NCBI GenBank assembly: GCA_036172245.1
Contig: JAYWIR010000164.1
Location: forward strand, 1-51,458
Source: Raillietiella orientalis
Lineage: Eukaryota
Direction of reading: 5' to 3'
DNA: 51,458 nt
Within the stretch, counting starts at the first letter, position 1; each line of letters begins with the position of its first letter. The translations under genes were made by a program, and so were the position numbers. The notes under the pieces are model-generated. The model saw only the letters and a program-made list of their open reading frames with translations. It had not been told where the DNA came from and did not search any database. This document shows positions 1 to 12,201 of the stretch, one piece after another.

Positions 1-1746
1 GATTGGGCAGTACTGGTTCTGGTGTACCACCCTCACGAAGTTGGTGAAGTGTTCCGGTAGGCCTGGCTTCTCCAGAACCTTCAGAAGCATCCCATGGTCG
101 ATGGAGTCGAAAGCCTTCTCCATGTCAATGCACACCAGCGCCAGGTTCTCTTCGACGTATCGGCTGAGACCGACAGTGGCCTGGGCACACTTGACATTGT
201 CCGACATGTGACGTCCAAGGACTGCACACGTTTGGACCGGAGAGATGAGCTTCGACATCACCATGCCTAAGCGGTTGGACCATATCGTCGCCAACCACTT
301 GGCATCGAAGTTCAGGATTGAGATTGGCCTCCATTGAGCGCTGTGGGTTGGGTCGCCTCCTTTGGGCAACAATAGCATCCTACTCTCGTAGAAGGAATCA
401 GGTAGTCTGCCTTCTTGACGGGTGCAGAGGGTCAACTAATGGAAAAAGCGCAGGTAGACATGCAGGTACCGCTGATAGTGCCTGATGGGTACACTGTCAG
501 GGCCCGCCGCCATTTCCTTGCGCAGTTGTCCAAAAGCAGTCTTCTCCTCGTCTTCCAAGAATTCCTCCTCCAGGCTGTTCCCCTGGAAGTCGTTGGTCCT
601 CTTCTCGAGATAGCTCAGAAAGGCTCGTTCACCAGAGCGACAGAGAAGTTGTCGCCTAAAGTGTTTCGTGCAATGACTGTGGAATGCATCCACAATATCC
701 TGGGATGACTGTCGCTCTTGACCGAAATACTGGATGCAGAAGTCATCTGTTGCCAGATTTCTCTTCTCCAGCACGCCGACTTCCCATTTTATGTTCATGA
801 AGAAGTACTGACTCTCGTACTGATCGAAGTACTTTGAGAGTGAGCGATCTTGGATTTTCAGCTCTCGGTACGCCTCCTGCCTCAAGCACCTATCCCCGAA
901 TTGCATATTTGCAAAAAGGTGTATCCTGTGTTCCAAGCTGTTCCAGTCGGCAAGTCTTCTGATTTTTGTGGTCTTCAGAATCGTCTCCAGGACCTCAGGA
1001 TGTCCAGGATGTGTGTCGAACCAGGCAGGCATGCTGATGAGCGTCGCCCTGGAGCCTTGCCTCCGCCGAGGATTCTCCGTTCTCAAAGAAAACCGCACCA
1101 ACGGGTGATCGGACAGAGTTGTCAATGTGTCTCGAAAACCCTAAATGCGATTCCCTAGTTCGGTGCTGTGGAGGACGTGATCGATGGGCTTGTGACTTGC
1201 TGTTCGCCACATCAGTCCGAGCTCGTCGGATAGCCGCCGATACGCTGTCCTTCCTATGGCGTCTTAGGAATCAGTGATCTCATCCGATATGTGGAGATCG
1301 CTAGCAACAATTACGACGTCCTTGGAACCAACCTTTTCACGGAGTGCTTCATGCAGCGCCTCCGCCCGACGATGTTTTACCCTGTGGGGCCCGTACACGT
1401 TCACCAGGATGAGGAGAACAGTAGCGGACCAGGCCAGTCTCACGCCGATGATTCGTCCGGGTTGACGACAGAACACTTCCAGAATAGTGGGGGCCAAGTG
1501 GTTCTTAATTGAGACCGTCACACCCTGCGTGTTCCGTTCTCCGTCGCTGACGAACATCTGCCCGTTGAATCGCTGTTCCAATTGCTGGCTTATCTCGAGA
1601 CCCATCCTGTGGGTCTCCTGCAGGCACACTATGTCTTCTTGTGCGATGGTCCGCAAAATCCTTTTTCTTTTTTCCTGATCGACCTCACCGTTTAGATTCC
1701 AGGAAGCGATGTTCAGCCTCCTGGCGGTCGATAGGGAAGTGTCCAT
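1..1746 (-). pseudogene. Family A ORF2 (APE endonuclease, linker, RT N-terminus), disrupted
   Basis: APE motifs WNLNG, LQE, NVYGP and SDH in 1264-1746 and 436-1125; KAFD motif near 110. Confidence 0.88.
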
Positions 1747-1759
1747 AAAAGGGAAAGAC

Positions 1760-3560
1760 CTATTTCTTGGCCTTTCTGAGCTTCTTCAGTCTGGGAGAGC
1801 GTGCTTTTTTAAACGACGAAGAAGCAGCGGGCTTCTTGCTGCCGGCGTCACTCTCCCTTCCTGTGAGGTCGGTGATTTCCGCCTCCTTCGTCGAGTGTTC
1901 GGCCCGCCCGATCAATTCTCGAGATAGCGCCTCTATCTCGACCTTGGCTAAGAAGTTCTCCTCTACGTCGAAAAGCTGTTCTTCTAGCGTCTCGCGATTG
2001 GTGACCTCCACAACCTGGTTCACCTTTTCTTGTGCATTGCAGATCTTCTGTAAGATTTTCTCTTGCTTAGGGATGCTTTGCACCTCCATCACTTTCTCCG
2101 CTAGTGTTGCCAACTCCTTTGTGGACTGCAGTGCCTCCTGCGACTCTTGAGTGGCTTACTGGTGTCCTTATTTCGCGCCTTTCTGCGCTACCTCCATCTC
2201 TTCGCCTTCCTGCGCTGCACCTTCTAGGATAAGAGGGATTTCTTGCTCCTTGACGAGCATCCTCCTCTCTCCTATCTTTCCTACCTCAATAAAGCCGTCC
2301 GTCGATACCTTGACGGCTACCTTCACCTTCTTCTTCCTTCTTGCCAACTTCTGAGGCCGTTCGGCCTCCTTGATGTTTCTCTGTCTTACGGTAGAGAGTC
2401 CTCGAATCCTTCTGCTATTGGCGAATTCTGGAAATCTTTACTTAGCATGTCCGTGCTTCTTGTAGAAAAAGCACACCTACGGCTGCGGGCAGTATCGGAC
2501 TTGATGTCCTACTTTGCCGCAGCGGAAGCATCGGCATGTTGGGCAAGTGCCTGCCCTGTATGCGAACTGCTTGTACCCGGTGTAGAATACGGGTTTTTGC
2601 CGGTAGCGCACGTTCACTCCCTGGGATTGTTCGTCAGTGAACGCCAACCCAGGTATAACAGCTCCCTCCTTCATCTTCACCTTGGCGATCATGTCGCCAG
2701 AAAATATATTTCCAGTGAAGTTCTGGAATTCAAGGTCCAGAACCTCCCCAAACTGCTCCAAAAAGTTCCACACCGTGAGTTGCGGTGTGAGGATGGAAAT
2801 GCTGTTGAAGAAGACGGTAGTGTACTGCATCTCGCCGATACCACAGACCATCCTTTCTTGAATATTAATCCCCTTCTGGATCAATCTCTCTCTGATGTTT
2901 TCACAGTCTGTAAATACTGTGAAACCGTTGCTACTTGGTATAATCGCCTGTATGCGATCAAAATTGATGTCTGTTTTATCCAGGGACATACACCTTCCTG
3001 ATATTGTTAAATTTTATTAGTCCAGTCTTGAAAATAATGGGCCTTACTTCCGGCCCTAGCTAGACGATAGGCCGATCTACCTGTTACACTTTTCCACATA
3101 GCGGCTTTCCAAATTTCCTTGGCAGGTGGACACACGCTTGTCCTGCCGCCACCGACGCATACGAAAGGGGCTGCAATGCCTCAGCCGAACAAGATGGCGT
3201 CACGCCCTGTACAGCGTGGACGCCCGCGGATCCAGCCTGGGACGTCGCCGCCGCGGGCACGATCGTCGGCGTCGCCGCCGCGGGCACAACCTTCACCGTC
3301 GACGCCGAGTTCACGACCCTTGGCATCGCTGCCGCCGCCGCAGCTAAGCCCGCCGCGGGCGCGATCCTCGGAATGCCTGCCGCCGACTCGCCGTTGCTGC
3401 ACGTTACCTCCATCTGCATGGGGGACGACGGCCTCTCCACTCCTCCTCCAGGTGCCTGCATCCTGGCAGCTGGTCTTGCTGCTCGGGACGACTGCTGTTC
3501 TTCCGCAGTGATCTCCTCGGCGCTTATTTTGTAGCTGTATGAGGAGATCCTATGCAGCAC
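1760..3560 (-). pseudogene. Family A ORF1 (Ala/Pro-rich N-terminus, RRM-like region, CCHC knuckle, basic/coiled C-terminus), disrupted
   Basis: ORF pieces 3084-3560, 2477-2989 and 1760-2113 are collinear; CX2CX4HX4C near 2490-2530. Confidence 0.8.
3241..3366. repeat. Short GC-rich coding repeat (about 27 bp period, encoding V/I-V-P-A-A-A-T) inside family A ORF1
   Basis: gtcgccgccgcgggcac at about 3244 and 3271, with a partial third copy near 3350. Confidence 0.7.
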
Positions 3561-3624
3561 ACTCTATTCCACACTCAGTTTCTTCAGGATACCTTCCCTT
3601 TTCCGGCACACACGATCACAATTA

Positions 3625-6600
3625 ACTGATTAACCGTTGTCGTGCGCGCAAGACAATGAACCTCGAAGCCAGGTCACCGACTCGGCGGAAGAGGAGCAAT
3701 CTCTCGACTGCCAAGAAAGTGAATCCGCTAACTCCTTTAAAAGGCGAGGCGAACGCAACTCCCTCAGTGTCGGTAGAGAAAACTCCTGAGGTTTCCGAGA
3801 CGAAAGTCGAGAAAGCATACAAAAATCGTGACGGAGAATGAAAGGTTGTCTCGAGGAGGAAAGGAAAATCTCCCAAGAAGGCTTCGCAACCACCATTCGC
3901 GAACTTTTTGAAGGCAAAGAACAGCTGTGTAAACAAGAAAACACGCGCGGAGGGTTTTTTGGCTTAGGAAAAAGCCAGCGCCGTCAACGCTTGCAATTTC
4001 GCCTCTATGACCGCCGAGAAGACGATTCCGGTGCGATCGGACGGATGCAAGCGCACGTCGATCGTGCGAGCATCAGACTCCGCAAAGGAGTCCGATAGCG
4101 CCTCTGAACGACGCGTTACTCGCGCGGGAGCGAGCGCCCGCAGGGCTGAAGCCCTTAGGCGTGACACACTCGCCGAGGAATGGGGAATGCTCACATCGAA
4201 ACCCACAGGTTCTGCACCCGGGGAGGAGCACTCGAATACGCTCAGAACGGTGAAGGCCGGTGACGACCGCGCCCTCCAGCCCGTCGTGCTGCTTAGTGCC
4301 CGCTCGCCGGGTGAGGCGAGCACCACAGCCTCGCTTTCCAAGCCGTGATGAGGGCAATCGCGTCTAGTCGTCGTGTTGCCGTGGCGTGTTGGAATATCAA
4401 CGGTCTCCAACACGACGAGAAGAGGCGACTAGTAGCTAACGCTGTGCGTGCCTTCGACTTGACGCTTCTGCAGGAGATTCACAGGATCTCCGAAGAGCAG
4501 GCTGCCGAAATCGAACAGCGCGCAAGCGGAACGCTACTTTATAAATGCGGCGTTGCCCGTACGTGCGGCGTCGCTTTCCTCGTACGAGGAACTTTGGCGG
4601 GAGCGTTGCGCGGCGTTCGCTTCGACACGCAAGGCCGAGTGGGACAGCTTGTACTCAAGTGGTCCAACTCGATCGGCCTTCTCGTAAGGAACGTGTACGC
4701 GCCGAGTGGTGCTAAACAATAAGCCGAAAGGATTGAGTTCTTCAGTACCGTTCAGAGCCAAAGGCTCTCTTGTTCTCACCCTGCTGTGGCGCATCTCATT
4801 ACGGGGGACTTTAATGTCCACCTGCTGACCGAGAATAGCGCACACAAAAAGGAAAAGTTGCTAGTGGAAGAGCTGTACGCGTTCGTGCACGCGTGCAACT
4901 TGTTCGCTAACGACTTTGTTATGGCGACATCACCGGATCATGTACTCCTCGATGAACACTTGCTCTCTCGAGTGGATCGGAGAGGTCCCATGCCGTCCGT
5001 GCTTTCAGACCACAACAGGCTCGAGTTCGAGTTGCTCTTGCCAAACAAGGGGCCTCCAAACTGTGTTTGGAGGATGCCGGCAGACTGGCTAAGCCACCCG
5101 GAGGCGGCTGAGCATCTTCGCCAGTACCTCTCCGGCTTTGCCATAAGTGAGCTCGCTGACTGGGACGATCTGTAAAGATCGGTCCGCGAGTTTTGCTGCC
5201 GGTTCCCCTCGCACCAGCTTCCGCGAGGCTTCGAGGATGGTGTAGCCAACAGCAGATATTTTCTGCAGGTCTGCTTTTATTCCAGGCTCACGGACGTTGG
5301 TCGATTATCCGAGTACAAGGCCAAGGCCGAGCGCCAGGTCTGGCAGTCTAGGGCGACAGTTCTGCTCGACGACCAGGACCGGGAATGCTCGGCTCCAGCC
5401 GACGTGCGACGGATAGTCAGGCGCTATTACTCTTCTCTGTATGCAGAGGCACTGACGGAACGCAGCCTCTCCCGGCTGCTTCTGCCGATAGATGCACCTG
5501 TTGTAGACGAGGAGGAACGCGCGCGTCTTGATGAGCCCTTCACGGCAGAGGAAATTTCCTCGGCCATCTCGGGGCTCAAGAGACGAGAAGCGCCAGGCGA
5601 AGATGGGCTCCCCGCGGAATTCTTTCAGTGTTTTGCGGCGGAGCTCATCCCCCTGGTGCTCCAACTCTCGTCGCTGATGCGAGACGCGGACGATGTCCCC
5701 GCCCCGTTGCGCTCAGTGCAGGTGCGTCTCCTGCCGAAAGGCGGAGATTTGCGCCTACTAAACACTTGGAGTCCGATCACATTTGTTTATTCGGACGTCA
5801 CGTTGTTCTCGAAACTTTGGGTGGCGCGGTAGGGGAATGTCGCGGAGTCTTTGTTAAGTGCACAGCAGACCTACTCTGTTCCTGGGCGGTTTATGGACGC
5901 TAACCTCTTATTCATGGGCACATGGCTGCAATCGCAGCATCGCGTGGCGATAGATCTTCGTGCGGAAGCAGCGCCTTCGATCTCTCACCGAAGAAGGCGC
6001 TGATCGCAAAGGGAAACCCCGGGAGTCTTGGCAATTGCATTCGATTTGCACAAAGCTTTCGATTGCGTGAACCAAAGAATTCTTTTTGAGCTTTTGGAAC
6101 GTCTGTGCCTCCCGGCATGAATGTTAGCATACTTGCGCTCCTGCTGTCGCCACGGGATTACATCCATTGTTTTCAGTGACTGTTACGTGTACGGCGTGCC
6201 AGTTAGGCGAGGAATTAGGCAGCACGATAGCTTAAGCCCGCTGCTGTTTTGCATCTATTTTGAAAGGGTGCTGGAGGCTTACAGGCTGACGCTAGCCAGT
6301 CTGCAGAGCTGCTGTCCAGATAAGCCTGCCGTGCCAGCCTATGCCGACGACCTCCTTCTCCTGTTGCCTATTTCCTCCCCGGCGACATCGCTTGAAGACT
6401 TCTTTGAGTTGATTTGTCGCGCTGCGGGCGTGAGCGTTAACAGGAGTAGGTGTATGGTTGTTCCGGTGGGTGCGACGTGGGAGGGGCAGTCCGACTGGAT
6501 CGACCTGGGGATCCTCAGGGGCAGGTACCTCAGGTACCTTGACGTGCCGTTGGGCGACATCTGCATCTTAGAAGCGTGGTCGGACTGCCTTCGGAAGGCA

Positions 6601-8266
6601 GAGCGTGCTCTTGGCCCGTTTTCAGGAGGCGAGTTCGTCTTGCCGGAACGGGCCTGCATCTGGAACACCTTTGTTGCCTCCCTCCTCTGCCCACTGTTTT
6701 TTGTTTGTCCACTTCCCCAGAGAGTCAAAGTAAGGGCACAGCGCCTTCTACGCATAACGTTGTTGGGCGCTGCAAGATCCCGCTTAAGACTTACAGACTT
6801 GGTGACACCGCGTCAGGATGCTGGCTTGGGCATCCTAGACTTGAAAACCATCGTGCTGAAGGTGCAGTTTTGAATGCTCCAGCTCTGTGCCAAGCTGTGG
6901 TGTATGCCGTGGTGCTCACCCGCTCGCCTCAGATCAAGGCTCTGCACGGGAAGAGAGGGACTCATTTCGTTGCTGCCCCACTTTCGGGACACCAGAAAAA
7001 AGTTTGGCTTTCCGCTGAGGCAGCTGTCCTCACTGCTGGAATCCGAATGCTGGATCTCCTGCCGCCTCATGAACATTAATGCATGGCGGCAGGAATCTTT
7101 TTCATCGTAGGCTGCTTCCGAAGGAACGCGCCCGGAAGATCTTCGGTCCCCGCGACTTCTCCTAAGTGATCCAATGAAGGAAGTCATGCGGGACAAGAGA
7201 ATTTCGTATCGTCTGTCCGCTACACCAGTCGCCGCAGCGCTGTCTGCCCTCAGGGCAAGTAACGACAGTTGCCTACCGGCGAAATGGGAGTTCTCCTGCT
7301 CAATAGCGGGAGTCAATCAGCTCCTCGGTAGCTGGACGACAAAGGAGATGGTGGAAACTGCCACTCCTCGTAATATGGCGAAGGGCCTGCTTTGGTGAAG
7401 TGAACATTTAGGTGTACCTCCCGAAGAGATAGTGGTCACCCCCGTTTGTTTCGACAGCACCGTGTTCCCCTTTAAGTGGAAACAAGATGTGCTGCTCTTT
7501 TTACACTGGGGCTTTTGCTGTAATCGGCAGCGAAGCATCGTTTCCGGGGGAGCTGCTTCGCCAAACTGTTTGAGGTGCGGTGATATCGAGTCTTTCCCGG
7601 ACCTCTTGATGGACTGCGGTGACCTCCGTGAACTGTGGCGAAGGCTGATTTCAGCCATCCGGCCGCAGCGAGGCACTGCCATTGATGTGCTGAGGCGCTT
7701 GTTCATCAGGAATGGATTTTCGGTAGGCGCGATTGTCGCAACCATGTGTTGCATTCGCGACATCGTGAAGGCCCGCTACGCCCTGGAGTTGTCAGCACAG
7801 CAAAAAGAGGCTCACCGGTTTGCAGCAGAATCCATGGAAAACGCTGCTAGATGGTCTCATCTTCGTGACGAGGTCAAAGAAGAAATCGCAGGCATCCACC
7901 TCCGATTTACAGACTTTTCGGAACGGCTTAATCCGGTGACCACTACGTCCTGAAGCTCACACATATTCCTTCTTCGCTCGCTCTGCTAAAATGCCGGTGC
8001 CATTAGTATTATTCCGGACAGAACCAGAGCGATCCCAAAGACCCTTGTCCCCGCGTCCTCCGTTGATTTCTTTTTCTTTTGTTTTTGTTTGTTTGTTTTC
8101 CCAGTTCCCACAAACCGTTCTGTGTAATTTTGACCTGCGTGCCAGCAATGTTCTCTTGATACTTGTGCCGTCATCGGTTGGGGCCATGGTCCCCAAATGG
8201 TTTATTTTATTTATTTATTTCTGTTGTATTTATATGAAATAAACCCTCCGTCGTGACCGGCTGAGA
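3625..8266 (+). mobile_element. Family B (lineage X) non-LTR element, 3' part: ORF1 C-terminus, complete but disrupted ORF2, T-rich 3'UTR, terminal hairpin
   Basis: WNING (4345 ORF), GDFN and SDH (4786 ORF), PGEDG (5404 ORF), YADD 6340-6351, CLRCGDIESFPDLLMDC; AATAAA 8238-8243. Confidence 0.93.
4348..7953 (+). pseudogene. ORF2 EN-RT-zinc finger polyprotein with multiple premature stops
   Basis: Collinear pieces 4345-4722, 4786-5175, 5404-5832, 6121-6873, 7174-7398 and 7432-7953. Confidence 0.92.
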
Positions 8267-9210
8267 AATCTTATGCGTTTGTTCTGCAGAGATTACGTGG
8301 ATCTCGTGCAGCAGCGTAAGGTCGCAGGACTGCAGAAAGGCCGCCTTGTTTCGTCTGCTGCCGGCGTCTGTCATGCCGTTCACGTTGCAAACGGCGATGC
8401 GCAGGCGACGTCGGGAGATTTCCGGCCTTACTGCTGAGGAGATAAAGGTGTATGGGAGCCCGTCTCTTGCGAGGCGGGCGGGATGTCAATGGGGGTTCCG
8501 GCCTTCTCAGGCACCTGAGGCATATGTTCGGCCTCCATCCCCTCCATCCCCTTCGTGTCCGTGCGTGGGAGTCTCTCGGGCGACGGGTCCCGCGAGTTTC
8601 TCACGCTCATGGCACCCTCACTTGCGGAAGCCATCCCTTCCCCCTCGACGGAGGATACGAGCTTCCTCGGCTTTGAGGACTTACGTCCAGCCTTTTTGCG
8701 GGGTGCCGTGGAAACGAATGCTGCGCTTGCGGCCTTCACCTCGGGGTCGGAAGTGATGGAGTCCTAAGGGGAGGCCGGACGCCTTACGGCCTTCTTGCTT
8801 GCCTTGAAGGGTTATGGCTGCAACGAGGCAGCCAGCTCCTGCGCGGCTCGCTACAAGGCTACGTCATCGATGGTGGTGTCGATGACGGACGGCGCCGCCG
8901 GCTCGCTCCCCTCGCTGTTGACAGAGTCAACAGAGGGGAGGTCGTCGGTAGCGGCGAGTTCTTTCTGGCAGCGTTCGGCAACATCGGGAAGGCGTTCGAC
9001 GACGACGCTGCACTCTTTAATTATCGCGCTAACCTGCTCTTTCTTCTTCTGCTGGTAGGCGATTTTTTTCTCCATCCTCCTCTCCTTGTTTGATTTTTTC
9101 GCCGTAGCCACCTGCCATCCAGGCTCCTGGATAGTTCCCTCGACTTGTTCGGCGCTGTTCGCCGGGGTCTCGGGTGCGACCTGAGCCTTGGACGCTGCTG
9201 GCGTAGGACA
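8267..9210 (-). mobile_element. Family B (lineage Y) fragment: ORF1 C-terminus and first ~50 codons of EN
   Basis: ORF1 piece KKIAYQQKKKEQVSAIIKECSVVVERLP; EN LLHEIHVISAEQTHKI ends at the 8266 junction. Confidence 0.85.
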
Positions 9211-12201
9211 AAAACACACATCATGATGGGAAAATTGAGATTCTTTTGATTAGTGCGCCTCGTAAAGAAATCAACTCAACTGAAGCTCTTCTTTGAGAGA
9301 GGATTTTTAAAGGTGAAATACAAATTTTCTTTTGACTATTTGTACAACTTTACACTTGAGGATTAAACACTCTCATTCGAAAGGAACTGCGAGACTCGAT
9401 ACCAAAAGCTCGATGGCCGGATGGAACCATCCAATAGCCACAGGCAAAGTGTTGAGAAGTTGATTACACTAATGCCACTTCGTTTTGTTCGGGAGTTTTC
9501 CGAGTCTTAATGTTTCCCGATGACGTTCCGCCTTTCGGGGGTGCAACCGTATCCTTTATCCTTAAGGACGAACCTTCTTCCACGGAAACTGAGGGATTTT
9601 CCAGGGCGGCGACACAAAGACTATCTTAATCGAAGTAATGCAAGCTAAAGGGTTCGAAGGCCGATTGTACAAATTCATTCCCTTCAGTATGTTCTCCAAG
9701 AAAAATCCTCATACTTCAAACCGGCAGTAGTCGGATCTTCACACCACGGAAGGAAAGTGTGCAGTCCAGGATTCGCTAAAGAACAGGAACATGTGTGTAT
9801 ACGTTGAGGGAAAATGACGAAGCCGTCGGTTAACGTGAGAATTATGTGTCAATACCAATTTGCTAGCTTTTATTGGGTTTTCAACGCAACGGTCCTCCAT
9901 GTACCTTTGCGAATGGAGCTGCCAGTGACTGTTATGACTATTGATCACAAGGGGTTTACAATCTCAGAAGGGCATCGCAAAATCCTCCGAGCTGGATGGG
10001 CGCATCAGAACAGATGCTGGCGGAGAGATCGAAGAGATTCATTCGATGCAGCGAGTTGCTAAGTGGATTCTACAAGCTTCCCCCTCCCCGCTCCCCTCTT
10101 CCCGGACTCGAGCCCAGTGCATATCGTTTCTCTGAGGACGACATCAGTTCTTATCCCTGCTATCTGGTGCGCGAACAGCATAAGAATCGCTGGATGAAAA
10201 AGCCTTGACTAAGAAAGCACAGTTTTTCTTTTTAACTTTCCCGGAACTTTTTTTTTTTCATGACATTTATTGTCGAATTTCTGTTCTATGCGGCCTTTGC
10301 TGAGGAACCGCTCAATCTCGAGCGAAACTCCTCAAAAGTGCATCTGCTGGAAACGCAAAATTTGCAAGATGTGTGTAAGATACTTCGGATGAAAAGCGAG
10401 ATGAGATGAAATGAGCTAAGCATGCGAATAGGCAGAACAGGAGCGATGAGCCTCGAAAACATCGAACTAAAACAGTTAACTGGGAGCCAGGAATTTAAAA
10501 TGCAGGGCGATTGATTCCACACTTCGACCAAGTGTGAACACAGTTGTATTTCCTTCTGATGAGGACGAACTATCGTTTGAAGGTCACTCGAAATATAGAC
10601 AGATTACCTAAACTTCCAGTGTTTCGGTTTCCCGAAGAAACTTTCACCCCAGGTTCTGAGGAACCCCAGGTGCTGTGTACAGGAACGAAAGAAACCGTGC
10701 AGATCCACCACATCGGTGGCAAAATAGGGATTCGAGAAAACTGAACATGGACGAACCTGAGATGTGCTGGTCTTCAGTAGCAGTCATTCCATCCGAGCTG
10801 GTCATGTGAATATCCAGTGACCGATTCCCGGAGCTTCCGGTGGAAGCCTTTTGCATGCTCACCATTCATCCCTGCAACCAGGTAATTTTTAGCGAAAGGC
10901 ACGTTGGTTTTGTAGCTCGGGTTGTCGTCTTCGAAATCCGATTGCAAAACATCGAGCCTGAATCGCTAAACCTACACAGTTGAGCAGCCTATTCGTTGTG
11001 AAATTGAGGTTTACGTGTTGCTCATGATCACGCAATGGTAGCAGGAGAGATTCAACCTTTGCTCTTCTCCTCACACTCTCTCGTAGCCACCACCTTGGTC
11101 CGGAATAGTGGAAGCACGTTCTCGCAAACTCCCAAAGTATCCCAAGAAACTTGGTTCTCATGTTTACGAAGATCTTGTAAGGCGAAAAGGTGCACCTAAC
11201 GCTGTCTAGGAAGACTTACTTACGCCAGCCTATATGAAAGCCTTTTACGACTCAACCACGATCTGCCTCCAAGGCTCGCTATGAAACTCAGGAAACCATG
11301 GTCAAGTCAGTAACGTCCCGAAGCTGATATTTCGTTCGAGGAAGATACCCAAGAACAGAAGGTTTCAGAAATGCAGATACCGATTCTCAGTATTCGAGAG
11401 AGGAAACAGAATTTTTCGTTTTCGATATTTCTTGCAGTGCCTCTTCGCTGCCCTCTTCGAGGCCTGAGCTGACTGCCCACTTGCAAAAAAATTCGGGCAC
11501 GTTAACGGCACTGGCAGTGCATAAGAGGCACTTGTTAGAAATTTCGACGACGAGGCGCAGACGCGCGAGACCATCAAACAGTCACGTAAAGAAAATACCG
11601 CATGGTAAAAAAAAAAACCGCCTCAGCCTTCTTCCTTTCAAGGCAGTGTTTCTTCCCTTCACAATGTTTTGAGATAAAAACTGCCAAAGCGAGAAAAACT
11701 GAGTTTTGCAGCGAAAAGGCAAACGGTGCTGGGCAGAATCCACGAAGCATTATCTTATCTGTAAACCCTAATCGCCACTTGGAAACTGACTACTTGCGCA
11801 TTATCACAAAGAAGAAAAATATGATGAGGGTCACGTTGAGGAATCGCACTCTTGAGAAACATCGTGTTTGCCCTTCTCACACATTACCTAAATTGGAATG
11901 ATAATTGAACGAATATATCAGACTAATGACAACAGCCGACTTAACCATGCTTCACTAACGTCTCTTTGCAGACGGAATGAACCACCGACGTGGTAGAAAA
12001 GCGAACAGAACTTCTGGAACGAACTGACGTTAGGAAGCGACAGCAAAATAGGAGGATTTGATGAGTAAAGACGAGAAGAAAAGGTGAGATGCGAAGGCGA
12101 CAGCAGCTGTGCATTTTTGGAGCTTCTGGTACTGCTTCGTATTAGGATGACTGCAGCGCATCAAGAGTTCAAGCAAGAACTTCGCAAATAGCAGAGTTGG
12201 C

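Larger units (their letters stand above)
1..3620 (-). mobile_element. L1/Tx1-like non-LTR retrotransposon, family A, 5' half (5'UTR, ORF1, EN, start of RT); runs off the left edge
   Basis: ORF1 with CFRCGKVGHQVRYC knuckle; ORF2 starting MDTSLSTARRLNIASWNLNG with CLQETH, NVYGP, IDHV and LSDH; RT DMEKAFD near 105-125; several stops and frameshifts. Confidence 0.9.

Noticed and set aside
1134..1146. Telomere-like AAACCCTAAA (also near 11763)
   Set aside because: Single isolated units, one of them inside ORF2 coding sequence
2243..3001. Long antisense or alternative-frame ORFs over elements (also 25345-26034, 45267-45941, 49614-50306, 12492-13106)
   Set aside because: Shadow frames of GC-rich element sequence, some crossing junctions, with no recognisable domains
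4348..7953. Alternative genetic code or stop readthrough explaining in-frame stops
   Set aside because: Stops are of all three types, fall at different positions in different copies and co-occur with frameshifts, indicating neutral decay
10095..10175. Minus-strand CTGATGT...GAAAC hammerhead-like core, or a second tRNA-like head (GGGCTCGAGTCC)
   Set aside because: Core mismatch, stems I-III do not form, and the B box is degenerate
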